From Candidatus Tayloriibacteriota bacterium (GTDB taxonomy: Bacteria > Patescibacteriota > Minisyncoccia > Phycocordibacterales > HO2-43-120), in assembly GCA_039934295.1 (NCBI GenBank), contig JBDTMN010000002.1, positions 26,725-90,724 on the forward strand: a DNA stretch of 64,000 nucleotides, written 5' to 3'. Position numbers and translations under genes: made by a program. The notes below the pieces were generated by a model that made no database searches, had not been told where the DNA came from, and worked only from the letters and a program-made list of their open reading frames with translations. Below, one piece after another: positions 37,853 to 47,339 of this stretch (positions are counted from its first letter, which is position 1; the number at the start of each line of letters is the position of its first letter).

Positions 37853-37878
37853 TGTCAAGGTTTAACCTTGCCGAAGAC
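37853..37878. promoter_or_regulatory. Perfect palindrome tgtcaaggtttaaccttgccgaa upstream of the sigma-70 gene (a second copy at 15385-15410)
   Basis: 15-nt perfect palindrome caaggtttaaccttg with conserved flanks. The identical 23-mer occurs in inverted orientation at 15385-15410. Confidence 0.45.
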
Positions 37879-38017
37879 CCTTTAAATAACTTGACTATTA
37901 CATAGCATGTATGTTATAGTAGCGAAAGAAGATCGATTCATCTAGATTAGCTATTCAATTGCTACCCCTTGCCACAATCAGTGGACTCATAAATGCGTAC
38001 CGATAGTACGGAGTTAA

Positions 38018-38488
38018 ATGAATTGGTTGTCTGAACCTATGAAAATCAAGTTATGTTTCGATGTCAGATTCCTCTTTAAAGAGAAGGATCACGAGAAAGC
38101 GGATCGGGAGGGATATTACGAGCGCGCTTTCGTAGGTGACCTCTACTACTCCTTCTCAAGGACAATATCGCTACCTTGTTTGCCTTTAAAAGGTCAAACC
38201 TACCAGCTAAGATACGACCCAGTGACCGACAGCCCGAACGCTGTCGGAGACAATATGCACTATCGTGTTCGAGATTCTGGATTCATTGAGCAAGACGAGA
38301 AGGAGAATATATTTCCGTATTTCGTTATTTCAGACGACAAGTCGTTCAGTGAATGGCTGGATGAAAATCCTACCCAAAAAAATGTAGGAGCGACCAATCA
38401 GTACGCAGAGTGGGAAAGTGAAGTAGAGCGAGGAATGGTCGAACTGACCAAAACATTCAAGCAACATGGCTGGGAACAAGAGCTATAA
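38018..38488 (+). CDS. Hypothetical protein
   Basis: 156-aa ORF with no motif. Part of a low-density hypothetical islet. Confidence 0.4.
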   Translation: MNWLSEPMKIKLCFDVRFLFKEKDHEKADREGYYERAFVGDLYYSFSRTISLPCLPLKGQTYQLRYDPVTDSPNAVGDNMHYRVRDSGFIEQDEKENIFPYFVISDDKSFSEWLDENPTQKNVGATNQYAEWESEVERGMVELTKTFKQHGWEQEL

Positions 38489-38611
38489 ATTGATCCACCG
38501 GCTTGATAAACAGAAGGAGTGCCCATCCGGGACGCTCTTTTTTTATTCACATGCTCAACCACGTATATCTTAGCTCGTTGTCGTACCAAGTCATCGACTC
38601 ACTTATATTCT

Positions 38612-38797
38612 CTATCCATTCCCTATAACATTTAATCCTACCAAAAGTAAGAAAATTGCTAATAAGACCGAAACTATAAGCAAGTATATCTCAGTAAAAT
38701 CAAAAACGTAGTTATTTATTAATCCTAAGACTATTAACAACCCTAGACCTATCATGCCTATCCAGCTCAGGTGTTTTCTATTTTTAGAGATAAACAT
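38612..38797 (-). CDS. Small membrane protein
   Basis: 61 aa with two TM helices. Confidence 0.3.
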   Translation of the reverse strand: MFISKNRKHLSWIGMIGLGLLIVLGLINNYVFDFTEIYLLIVSVLLAIFLLLVGLNVIGNG

Positions 38798-38893
38798 TTT
38801 GTTCTTATGTTAATTTACCAGCTTCAATCACATGCCTTACTAACGTATGAGTATACCCTAGTTCATTACTGTACCGTGTTAGCTTCGTCCAAC

Positions 38894-39241
38894 TTATTCA
38901 TCAAGTTGAAATGACTTTACGTCGGAGATGGTATAGCCGGATGAACGTAGGCTGTCTAAAATACGTAACGGTCTCGCGGCAAAGAAGATTAGTAGTTTTG
39001 GCAGGTTTGGATTTGAATGGTGGATTCTAATCGCAAACCAGGTCGGGTAATTTTTGATATTTATCTGCGACTTTAGTAATTCGACTTGACTATTTCTATT
39101 AATAACCAATTTATTATCCGAAACCGTTATGGAATGAACTCCTGTATATCTGAGAATCAATCGCAACGTAGATATAAGGGTTAACATCCACCAATTAGAA
39201 GCGAATATTCCTTTGAATTCTTTTTCCATAAATGAATACAC
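38894..39241 (-). CDS. Hypothetical protein downstream of Fic
   Basis: 115-aa ORF with a 10-nt gap to the Fic stop. Confidence 0.35.
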   Translation of the reverse strand: MYSFMEKEFKGIFASNWWMLTLISTLRLILRYTGVHSITVSDNKLVINRNSQVELLKSQINIKNYPTWFAIRIHHSNPNLPKLLIFFAARPLRILDSLRSSGYTISDVKSFQLDE

Positions 39242-39250
39242 TATTTATAA

Positions 39251-39790
39251 TCAATCCACTTCTTCATAATAATACGACTGCTCCACACCCTTCATGAAAA
39301 CTTCGCGGTCATCGATCCTATCGGTCAATGCGGAGCGCAAAAGTTCACGAATCTCAAGATCCTTCACCGGGCTGCGCTCCATAGCGTTCAAATAATCGGA
39401 TTTATCTATCTTGACCCAATCAATACATTGTTTGAGATTTTTTTTCAGAATCAAATCGAGCCAGACCCTCATACTCCGTCCGTTGCCTTCCATAAACGGA
39501 TGAGCGATATTCATTTCCACATATTTGGCAACGATGTTCTCAAAAGTACTTTCCTGCATTTCATCGATCTTTTTTAAACTTTCTTCCAGATATAAACAAG
39601 AAGCAAATCGGAAGCCACCTTTGCTTATATCTTTCACACGAATCTGGCCAGCAAAATCGTAAAGCCCTCCAAATAAATATTCATGAATTTGTTGCAAGCC
39701 TCTAGTCGTGCCAACCTCAAAACTCTCAATTTCCCGACTACCAAAAAGTTCCTTGGCCCGTTCTTTGCTCGTTTGATCAACATTTTTCAT
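39251..39790 (-). CDS. Fic-family protein (AMPylase/Doc-like toxin fold)
   Basis: Complete Fic motif [12 protein letters not shown] (HxFx[DE]GNGRxxR). 179 aa, similar in layout to small bacterial Fic proteins. Confidence 0.8.
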   Translation of the reverse strand: MKNVDQTSKERAKELFGSREIESFEVGTTRGLQQIHEYLFGGLYDFAGQIRVKDISKGGFRFASCLYLEESLKKIDEMQESTFENIVAKYVEMNIAHPFMEGNGRSMRVWLDLILKKNLKQCIDWVKIDKSDYLNAMERSPVKDLEIRELLRSALTDRIDDREVFMKGVEQSYYYEEVD

Positions 39791-39935
39791 TGTTTTATTA
39801 TACCATTTTTACAGATATTTTTCCACAACAGTACCCCCCATAAAAATCAAATTTATCCCCCCACCCTTATAACATGCTCACCAAGAGTGCGACATAATAT
39901 TTATCTAGGAAATTCTTTGCTACGCCATATTCATT

Positions 39936-40445
39936 TTACTGAGGTGAGATAGTGAAATAATTATCACTTTCATCACATTTTGTGACTCCCGTATCTACTT
40001 CATCACAGACCTTGATTTTGTAATTCTTGTTGGTCTGAATTTTCGCATCACCAACAAACGATGATGCAAACACTCCATTACCCAAGGGATTTACCTTAAT
40101 AAAATCACTTCTAACTACTGCATTATTTGCATCTATCAAGTAAGCTGCGAATTTTCGAGTAGGTGTATAATTTGCACCCTGTGATTTCCAAGTAAATCCA
40201 AGATCTCCTGCTATCACAATATTTCCATATGGAATCTTCTCTCCACCATTTGGAGAAACAACCACTAGTCCGGGATATTTACCGCCTGACATATTTGGGT
40301 TAGTTGTAACTTCTGGCACTGAGGTCGTTTGTCGATAAATAGTTGTCGGCTTTTTTTTGAATGCAAAGTATCCAAAAGTAGTCACAAGAATAATGATTAT
40401 TACAATTAACCAAATATTTACTGGACCTTTTTGAAAATTTCTCAT
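39936..40445 (-). CDS. Hypothetical secreted/anchored protein
   Basis: 169 aa with an N-terminal TM helix (IWLIVIIIILVTTFGYF). Confidence 0.4.
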   Translation of the reverse strand: MRNFQKGPVNIWLIVIIIILVTTFGYFAFKKKPTTIYRQTTSVPEVTTNPNMSGGKYPGLVVVSPNGGEKIPYGNIVIAGDLGFTWKSQGANYTPTRKFAAYLIDANNAVVRSDFIKVNPLGNGVFASSFVGDAKIQTNKNYKIKVCDEVDTGVTKCDESDNYFTISPQ

Positions 40446-40471
40446 GTTTGAAATCTAAATTATTTTTAAAG

Positions 40472-41497
40472 TTATACAAGCCTACCAGCCTTTATCACAT
40501 GCTCCACCAACGTATACGTATACCCCATTTCGTTGTCATACCACGCGAGGACTTTAACAAGATTGCCGTCGACGACACGGGTAAATTTGAGGTCTGCGAT
40601 AGAGGCGTGGGAGTCGCCCAAAATATCGGAGGAGACGAGGTCTTCTTCGGTGACGGCGAAGGTGTCTTTCCAACGCTCCAAGGTAGCGGCAGCACGCAAA
40701 ATCTCATTCACCTCTTCTACTGACGTCGTCTTCTTTGAAATAAACGTAATGTCGGCAATAGAGCCGGCAACGACTGGCACGCGTAAGGAAATTCCGTCAA
40801 ATTTTCCCGCAAGATCGGTGATTGCCATCGTAGTCGCGATTGCGGCACCTGTCGAAGAAGGGACGATATTTTGCGCTGCCGCTCTTCCCTCTCGAAAATC
40901 TTTCTTATTCGGCCCGTCGACAAGTCCTTGGCTCGCCGTGTATCCATGCACTGTGCTCAAAATCGCCTTTTCTACCCCCAGTTTCTCATGCAAAATCGCC
41001 AAAAGAGGAGAAGCCGCGTTTGTGGTACACGAAGCGTTTGATGTTATTGGGCATTTGCCAAATTTTTCTTCGTTTACACCGAGAAGTATTGTGTCCGCAG
41101 ACTGCGCCGCTCCCTTTTCATCTTTTGCCGGAGCGGAAATCACGACAAGCCTTGCTCCCGCATCAAGATGAAATTTGGCTTTCTCGAAGCTGGTAAAGAG
41201 GCCCGTAGACTCGACAACAACATCAATCTCAAGCTCTTTCCAAGGCAATTTCGTGCCATCTTTTTCAGAAAGATAGGTTACTTCTTTCCCCTCAATTATT
41301 AATTTTGACCCCTGAATTTTGACTTCTAAACCGCTTCTTCCGTACACGGTATCGTATTTCAAAAGATACGCCATATTGTGTATGTCGCCCAAATCGTTCA
41401 CCGCCACAACTTCAATTTCTTTCCTGTCTTTTGCAATTTTATAAAAAGCTCTGCCAATTCTACCAAAACCATTTATCGCAACTCGAATTTTTTTCAT
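40472..41497 (-). CDS. gap: Glyceraldehyde-3-phosphate dehydrogenase
   Basis: INGFGRIGR NAD-binding motif and the active site SNASCTTNAASP. Confidence 0.9.
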   Translation of the reverse strand: MKKIRVAINGFGRIGRAFYKIAKDRKEIEVVAVNDLGDIHNMAYLLKYDTVYGRSGLEVKIQGSKLIIEGKEVTYLSEKDGTKLPWKELEIDVVVESTGLFTSFEKAKFHLDAGARLVVISAPAKDEKGAAQSADTILLGVNEEKFGKCPITSNASCTTNAASPLLAILHEKLGVEKAILSTVHGYTASQGLVDGPNKKDFREGRAAAQNIVPSSTGAAIATTMAITDLAGKFDGISLRVPVVAGSIADITFISKKTTSVEEVNEILRAAATLERWKDTFAVTEEDLVSSDILGDSHASIADLKFTRVVDGNLVKVLAWYDNEMGYTYTLVEHVIKAGRLV

Positions 41498-41711
41498 AGA
41501 GATGTATATTAATTAGTGTTCAAATTATATCATAAACGCAATGCCAATCCACGAATAAAAATAAACCCCTCTCCTCGAAGACTCGTTTCTCCCCTTGGAA
41601 ATGGGAGAAGGATCCCTCCCCTCCTTGCTAAGGAGGGGAGTCGAGTCTGCGAGACGGGGTGGTAATTATTATTCGCATGCTCTACTCGTAAGGGTTCCTA
41701 ACCATTCGTAT

Positions 41712-41746
41712 CATTCGCCGACTTATTCGTATATTCGCATCGTGCT
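41712..41746 (+). promoter_or_regulatory. 35-nt ATTCG-iterated element (copy 3), abutting the gatB stop, upstream of gap
   Basis: cattcgccgacttattcgtatattcgcatcgtgct differs by 1 nt from the 24040 copy. Confidence 0.45.
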
Positions 41747-41747
41747 A

Positions 41748-43172
41748 CTATTTTAATTGCGATTTGAACAACTCCTGCAAAGTCTTAGGATTGGCGGAGC
41801 CTTTCGTCTCTTTCATCGCCTGGCCGATAAGAAACTGCAAGCTCGCCTCTTTGCCTGCCTTGTAATCCGCGACTACCTTGGGATTGCCTGCAATTATCCC
41901 CTCAATAATTTTCTTCAAGGCTTCAGGGTCATTTTTTTGAAGCAGTCCTCGTTCCTCGGCAATTTTTTCCGCGCTTCCGCCTCCATTAAACATTATGGCA
42001 AGAATATCTTTTGCTGCCCGAGACGAGAGCTTTCCTTCATGAATCATTGAAATGAGAGACGCAAAATCATCCGCCGGAATCGGATTTGTCTTCCATGCGT
42101 TCGGCTCTTTTTTTATTAGCCCAAGCAAGTCCGAACTCAAGTAGTTTGCCGAAAGCTGAACAAGCTTTTTATCGCCTTTAAATCCCTCAATCGTCTTTTC
42201 AAAATAATCCGCCCACGCGACGTCATTTACAAAAATATCAATGTCCCCTGCTTTGAGCTCAAACTTTGTCTTATATCTCTCTCGTCTCTCCCAGGGAAGC
42301 TCCGGCAATTCTGCTTTGAGCTTTGCATGAGAAAATTCAGGAATTTCGCTCAACATTAATTTGGGCAAATCTGGGTCGGGAAAATATCGATAGTCATGTG
42401 AGTCCTCTTTCGCCCTCTGCGAGAAGGTGGCTTCTTTGTTTTCGTCCCAACCACGAGTTTCTTGAATTACTTTCTCTCCTTTTTCCAAAAGCTCAATATG
42501 TCGGGCCACCTCGTACTCGATAGCTTTCTCCACAGTTTTAAACGAGTTTAAGTTTTTAACTTCAACCTTGATTCCAAAATCTTTTGTATCTGAAACTGAA
42601 ATATTCGCTTCGACACGCATCTCCCCCTTCTCCATATTCGCCTCGCCTGCGCCAAGATACTGAAGAAGAAGCTGTAATTCTCTTGCAAAGTCACCCGCCT
42701 CTTTTGCGCTATGTATCACAGGCTCCGTGACAAGCTCCATCAAAGGAAGTCCTGAACGGTTAAAATCTACTAAACTACAATCATTTGATTCATGCGATGA
42801 TCGTGCCGTGTCTTCTTCGAGATGAATTCGAGTAAGAGCCACACCACTCAATTTTCCTCCTTTAATGAGAGGAAACTGGTACTGTGAAAGCTGATAGCCC
42901 TTCGGAATATCAGGATAGAAATAATTTTTGCGGTCAAATTCGGTAAAATCGGCAATCTCGCCCCCGACAGCAACTCCCATGGACAGCACATGCTTTACCG
43001 CCTGCTTGTTGATGACGGGAAGCGTGCCAGGGTAACCCATGCAGACAGGACAAATATTCACGTTCGGCTTTTTCTCATCCGGGTCATTTTTGGAATTGCA
43101 AAACATCTTCGTCACGGTTTTTAGCTCGGCGTGAATTTCAAGTCCAATAGTTGTTTTGTATTTTTCACTCAT
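41748..43172 (-). CDS. gatB: Asp-tRNA(Asn)/Glu-tRNA(Gln) amidotransferase subunit B
   Basis: YKTTIGLEIHAELKTVTKMFC N-terminal signature. 474 aa with a GatB/YqeY tail. Confidence 0.9.
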   Translation of the reverse strand: MSEKYKTTIGLEIHAELKTVTKMFCNSKNDPDEKKPNVNICPVCMGYPGTLPVINKQAVKHVLSMGVAVGGEIADFTEFDRKNYFYPDIPKGYQLSQYQFPLIKGGKLSGVALTRIHLEEDTARSSHESNDCSLVDFNRSGLPLMELVTEPVIHSAKEAGDFARELQLLLQYLGAGEANMEKGEMRVEANISVSDTKDFGIKVEVKNLNSFKTVEKAIEYEVARHIELLEKGEKVIQETRGWDENKEATFSQRAKEDSHDYRYFPDPDLPKLMLSEIPEFSHAKLKAELPELPWERRERYKTKFELKAGDIDIFVNDVAWADYFEKTIEGFKGDKKLVQLSANYLSSDLLGLIKKEPNAWKTNPIPADDFASLISMIHEGKLSSRAAKDILAIMFNGGGSAEKIAEERGLLQKNDPEALKKIIEGIIAGNPKVVADYKAGKEASLQFLIGQAMKETKGSANPKTLQELFKSQLK

Positions 43173-43203
43173 TGTCTTACGTCTTAAACTAACAGTAAAA
43201 AAC

Positions 43204-43884
43204 TCACTTCGAAGGTCGTTTTAAAATGAGCTCCTCTGGATTCTCTTTTTCTAAATTAGTTACAAGACGTTCTGATACGACACCTGCATCTAAAAAGTCC
43301 CCGAAATTTTCTGGTTTCTGCTCATCAAAAAGATGAGTCTGCATCCCACCCGGGTAAACTCCTATTACCTTTATTGACCCGCCCTTCACCTCCTCTCTTA
43401 AGGAGTCCGTAAATCCTTTTGCCGCATATTTACTGGCCGCATAACCTGACGCAGATGGTCGGCCAGAAAGCGCGCTCGTGGAAATAATATTCATAATGAT
43501 TCCGAAATTTTGTTTTTTCATTTGGATGAGCGCCGCTTTCGATCCGTACATTGTTCCCAGCACATTTACCTCAAAAAGATCGCGCACACGATCAATATCA
43601 AGATCTTCTACTTTGGCAGGAGGTTGCCAAATTCCAGCATTATTTACCCAGATATCTACGCGACCAAAATGCGCAATTGTTTCTTGGAGTAATTTTTTTA
43701 TTTCTTTTTCCTTTGTCACATCAGCAGAGATAGCAAGGCCATTGATCTCCTTGGCTATTTCCTCAATCTCTTTTTGAGTTCGGGCTGAAACTACAACTTT
43801 CGCCCCCCGCCTTGAAAAAGCGACAGCGAGCGCTTTCCCGAGACCTCGGCTTGCGCCAGTAATTACTACAACTTTATCTTTCAT
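43204..43884 (-). CDS. SDR-family short-chain dehydrogenase/reductase
   Basis: TGASRGLGKA cofactor motif and the catalytic YAASKYAAKG. Confidence 0.8.
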   Translation of the reverse strand: MKDKVVVITGASRGLGKALAVAFSRRGAKVVVSARTQKEIEEIAKEINGLAISADVTKEKEIKKLLQETIAHFGRVDIWVNNAGIWQPPAKVEDLDIDRVRDLFEVNVLGTMYGSKAALIQMKKQNFGIIMNIISTSALSGRPSASGYAASKYAAKGFTDSLREEVKGGSIKVIGVYPGGMQTHLFDEQKPENFGDFLDAGVVSERLVTNLEKENPEELILKRPSK

Positions 43885-43894
43885 ACGGTCAATA

Positions 43895-44866
43895 TTACAC
43901 GCTCCTAAATATTTTTACCAACTCGTCTCCAAATTTTTTAATTGAAACATCGTCGTAAACAGAGACAGACAGAACAAGAGGGTTGAGTTTCTTCATCTCT
44001 TTTATAGTCTTCCCCAAATGTTTTGCGTCCACGACATCCGTTTTTGTGAGAATAATAATTTCTTTCTTCTCGGCCAAATCTTTGTCATAGTCTTCAAGCT
44101 CTTTGCGGATTATTTTGTACGCTCCCTGCAAATCCTCATTTTCAAGCGAAATGCAATGAAGGAGAATTTTTGTTCTTTTTATGTGCCGTAGAAATTTATC
44201 TCCCAAACCCTTTCCCTTTGAAGCTCCCTCAATGAGCCCGGGAATGTCGGCTAGAATGAATCCGAAAAAATCTCCGAGATTTGGCTCTAACGTAGTGAAT
44301 GCATAGGACCCGACCTTGGCGTCCGCATTGGTAAGAACATTCAAAAGACTCGATTTTCCGGCATTCGGGAGTCCAATAATCCCCGCATCAACAAGCAATC
44401 GAAGTTCCACAAAAAAGTCCGCCGCTTCGCCTATTTTCCCCTCCGTGAACTGCCGCGGACTTCTGTTGGTGGACGCTTTGAAATGTTCGTTTCCTAACCC
44501 GCCTCGCCCGCCCTTCAAAATAAGGGTAGTCTCTCCGTCTTGCAACAGCTCGTGAACCGTGCCATCGCTCAAGTTGGTAATAAGTGACCCAAGAGGAAAA
44601 TCAATGACAAGATCGGGCGCGTTTTTTCCATACATATTTTTTTCCATTCCGTCCTGTCCATCTTCTGCCTTAAACTCTCTTTTATTGCGATATTTTGCCA
44701 AAACGCCCAAATCGCGAATAGCCCGAGCATAAATGCCTCCGCCATTCCCGCCGTTCCCTCCCGCAGGTCCCATCCTGTCCTTGCCTTTCTCCTGAAGCCA
44801 GCGCACCACGCCGTCTCCCCCGTCACCCGCCTTCATATGTATTTTTAGTTCGTCGATGAAAGCCAT
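43895..44866 (-). CDS. obg: GTPase Obg (no C-terminal TGS/OCT domain)
   Basis: MAFIDELKIHMKAGDGGDG, the Gly-rich GGNGGNGGG, and G1 GLPNAGKSSL. Confidence 0.85.
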   Translation of the reverse strand: MAFIDELKIHMKAGDGGDGVVRWLQEKGKDRMGPAGGNGGNGGGIYARAIRDLGVLAKYRNKREFKAEDGQDGMEKNMYGKNAPDLVIDFPLGSLITNLSDGTVHELLQDGETTLILKGGRGGLGNEHFKASTNRSPRQFTEGKIGEAADFFVELRLLVDAGIIGLPNAGKSSLLNVLTNADAKVGSYAFTTLEPNLGDFFGFILADIPGLIEGASKGKGLGDKFLRHIKRTKILLHCISLENEDLQGAYKIIRKELEDYDKDLAEKKEIIILTKTDVVDAKHLGKTIKEMKKLNPLVLSVSVYDDVSIKKFGDELVKIFRSV

Positions 44867-44914
44867 AAATAGTTATAAAGTAGAAAGTTATAAGGTTATA
44901 AAGTAAAGACTCGA

Positions 44915-45259
44915 TTAAATTTTCTTTATGAATGCGGACAATAATCTGGAAACTTCAAGTGCCATATCACGCAAGGTACGGAAATCTGATTCATGCAGAT
45001 ACTTTAATTCAAAAGCGAGATAAAGCAAAGAACGAACTTCGCCAGATGACCCTTTTGCTATATAAAGAAAATTTCTTAATTCAGCATTTGTGTGTCGCTC
45101 AAAACCCTCAGCAATATTGTTCATAATTGAAACTGAAGCACGTTGTATCTGATCCTTAAAAGCATAATCTCTATTGTTGGCAAAAAGTTTATACAAAAGT
45201 AAAGTTAACGTTTTTGACTTCTGCCAAGCAATAATTTCCTCAAAAGATGTAATCCTCAT
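44915..45259 (-). CDS. Four-helix-bundle protein (23S rRNA IVS-protein-like family)
   Basis: FEEIIAWQKSKTLTLLLYKL...IMNNIAEGFERHTNAELRNFLYIAKGSSGEVRS is the typical pattern. Confidence 0.65.
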   Translation of the reverse strand: MRITSFEEIIAWQKSKTLTLLLYKLFANNRDYAFKDQIQRASVSIMNNIAEGFERHTNAELRNFLYIAKGSSGEVRSLLYLAFELKYLHESDFRTLRDMALEVSRLLSAFIKKI

Positions 45260-45292
45260 TTCTTAACTTTAAAACTTTATAACCTTATAACT

Positions 45293-46213
45293 TTACAAAC
45301 TTAAGATTGCTCGCTTTGCGAGCTCGATTGCTCCTTCTTTCGACTTCGCCACAACCAAAAAGCGGTTGTTGTGGCAAAAGATGGCGTCGGCCACTCCGGT
45401 CGCTTTTGCGAGCTCCTCGTTTCTTTTTCCCGCCCAAGCCTCTGGCATGTCTTTTCGGCTTACAAACTGCGCCAAAGAATCCCTGACCGCTTTTACGCCG
45501 TATGTACCATCGGCGCGGTGATACACCACAAAAAGAGGTTCGGGCAATTTCGATAAAACCTCCTGCCAAAAATATTCCTTCTCAAGAACCACAATTCTTT
45601 TGTCCTCTGATTTCCTATAATCTTCAAGGACTCTCTTTTCCCCTTCCATTTCGTCTTGCAAAAACTTGACAGCTCGCGAGAGAATCTTTTTGCAGAGGCG
45701 CACAGTTTCCTCAAATTTCGCAAAAGCCGTGTCGCTTTCTTCTTTCCAGGTGGGGTTCGACATCAAGACAAACTGATGCAAGGAATAGGAGTTGATATCG
45801 GGGAAAATTGGCTTTGAAAGAGCCACTCCGTTGTCATGGGCATCGAAAGGAGCCACGAGCTCAAGGTCGATTCTTTGAGCGACCTCAATTGAGCCTCCGC
45901 AGATTTCCCTTCCAAACTTCTTCCACACCAACCCGAATGCGGCAAAGGGAATTTCGTTTTCTCTTCTTCCCGCCCCGCCTTTCTGATGGTGGTCAAAACG
46001 ATTCTTTTTTTCATCGTAGACATCCCCTACGTCAACGACATATTCTCCCCTTTCCCAGTCCTTCGGGTTTCGACTTCTTACTATCTCGACTTCTTGAGCT
46101 TCTTTTTTCAAGTGAAGAAGAAGAGTGGCCACGGCAAAACAGTCATCCGTATGGAATGTTCCTGTGTGAGTCACAATGACGGGCTTGTTAGTTTTAGAAT
46201 TTTTCTCTTCCAT
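45293..46213 (-). CDS. MYG1/UPF0160 family metal-dependent hydrolase
   Basis: VTHTGTFHTDDCFAVATLLL...DVGDVYDEKKNRFDHHQ is the UPF0160 signature. Confidence 0.7.
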   Translation of the reverse strand: MEEKNSKTNKPVIVTHTGTFHTDDCFAVATLLLHLKKEAQEVEIVRSRNPKDWERGEYVVDVGDVYDEKKNRFDHHQKGGAGRRENEIPFAAFGLVWKKFGREICGGSIEVAQRIDLELVAPFDAHDNGVALSKPIFPDINSYSLHQFVLMSNPTWKEESDTAFAKFEETVRLCKKILSRAVKFLQDEMEGEKRVLEDYRKSEDKRIVVLEKEYFWQEVLSKLPEPLFVVYHRADGTYGVKAVRDSLAQFVSRKDMPEAWAGKRNEELAKATGVADAIFCHNNRFLVVAKSKEGAIELAKRAILSL

Positions 46214-46742
46214 AATTGAGGGTTTTTACGTGCCAGACCAGATCATCAATAAATTTCTCAACGCGCTCGTCATATTTTTTATCCAGAATATTTCCTTTCT
46301 TATCAAAAAGTTCCTCAACATTGCCGAAATAAAGAGTGTTGAGCGATACCACCAACCCAAGTTTTCGAAACACGTGTATCAACAACTCCACCATTCTTGC
46401 TCCTCCAAAAATCCCGTTTGAGACCGCAGCCACGGCAACCGGCTTTCGTTTGTACTCTCCGTATGCCGAATCCAAGATAATTTTGAGTTCCCCGGGAAAT
46501 CCGTGATTGTACTCGGGAGAAACAATAATAAATCCCTCCGCTCTCTTTGCAATTTCTCTCCATCGCGTTACTTTTGGATCATCTTCCCACGAAGGAATGG
46601 TCCGACCAAAAAGGTGGTCCCGAACATCAATAAGTTCCGTTTCAATATCTTTTCTTTTTTGGATGCGGGGTAGGATATAATGGGCTACTTTCTCCGAGAA
46701 TCTTCCCTTCCTCGCTGTACCTAACAATATGGGTATATACAT
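46194..46742 (-). CDS. NADPH-dependent FMN reductase (flavodoxin-like fold)
   Basis: IPILLGTARKGRFSEKV...FIIVSPEYNHGFPGELK matches the NADPH-dependent FMN reductase family. Confidence 0.7.
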   Translation of the reverse strand: MYIPILLGTARKGRFSEKVAHYILPRIQKRKDIETELIDVRDHLFGRTIPSWEDDPKVTRWREIAKRAEGFIIVSPEYNHGFPGELKIILDSAYGEYKRKPVAVAAVSNGIFGGARMVELLIHVFRKLGLVVSLNTLYFGNVEELFDKKGNILDKKYDERVEKFIDDLVWHVKTLNYGREKF

Positions 46743-46913
46743 AACAGTTTAGTACTTACGTTTTTTTCTCTTACACCGCTTGCTAGCGGTGTCCTCATTT
46801 TTACAGCTACTCTAGGACTCGCAGGTAAAAATGGGAACTGCACTCAAACGCGCAAGCTCTTGATAAACAAGGATAAATTGATTATTACATGAAAAAGCTT
46901 GAGAGCATAGGGC

Positions 46914-46956
46914 AAAGAAAGTCGCCGAGCACCTCCGGTGCTCGGCGACTTTCTTT
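46914..46956 (-). terminator. Bidirectional-type terminator hairpin immediately after the rplU stop
   Basis: aaagaaagtcgccgagcacc-tccg-gtgctcggcgactttcttt is a perfect 20-bp stem whose A-run and U-run arms pair. Confidence 0.6.
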
Positions 46957-47273
46957 TAGCTCAGCGACTGAATAGAAACTTTAAAGTAGGGCTGACGGTG
47001 GCCGTATTTTTTGAAATATCGGCTCTTCTGCTTGTATTTGATAACATCCACCGTTTTGTGGCGCAATGCTTCTTCAAAAATGCCGGTTACCTTTGCTCCA
47101 GGAATATAGGGCATGCCAATAGTGGTTTCCTCGCCTTTATCAACCAAAAGCACCCTATCGAATATAATTTTGTCTCCTTTTTTAAATTCGCCCTGAAGTT
47201 TCTCAATGGAAATAACGTCTCCCTTCGAGACCTGATACTGCTTACCTCCTGTTAATATAATTGCAAATTCCAT
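46956..47273 (-). CDS. rplU: 50S ribosomal protein L21
   Basis: MEFAIILTGGKQYQVSKGDVISIEKL... matches bL21. Start taken at the internal Met (ORF track starts 47309). Confidence 0.85.
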   Translation of the reverse strand: MEFAIILTGGKQYQVSKGDVISIEKLQGEFKKGDKIIFDRVLLVDKGEETTIGMPYIPGAKVTGIFEEALRHKTVDVIKYKQKSRYFKKYGHRQPYFKVSIQSLS

Positions 47274-47339
47274 AGTGGACAAGTATACACGAACATATTT
47301 TTTTCGCAAGAAATATCTATTTAATGCGACTCAACCTAG

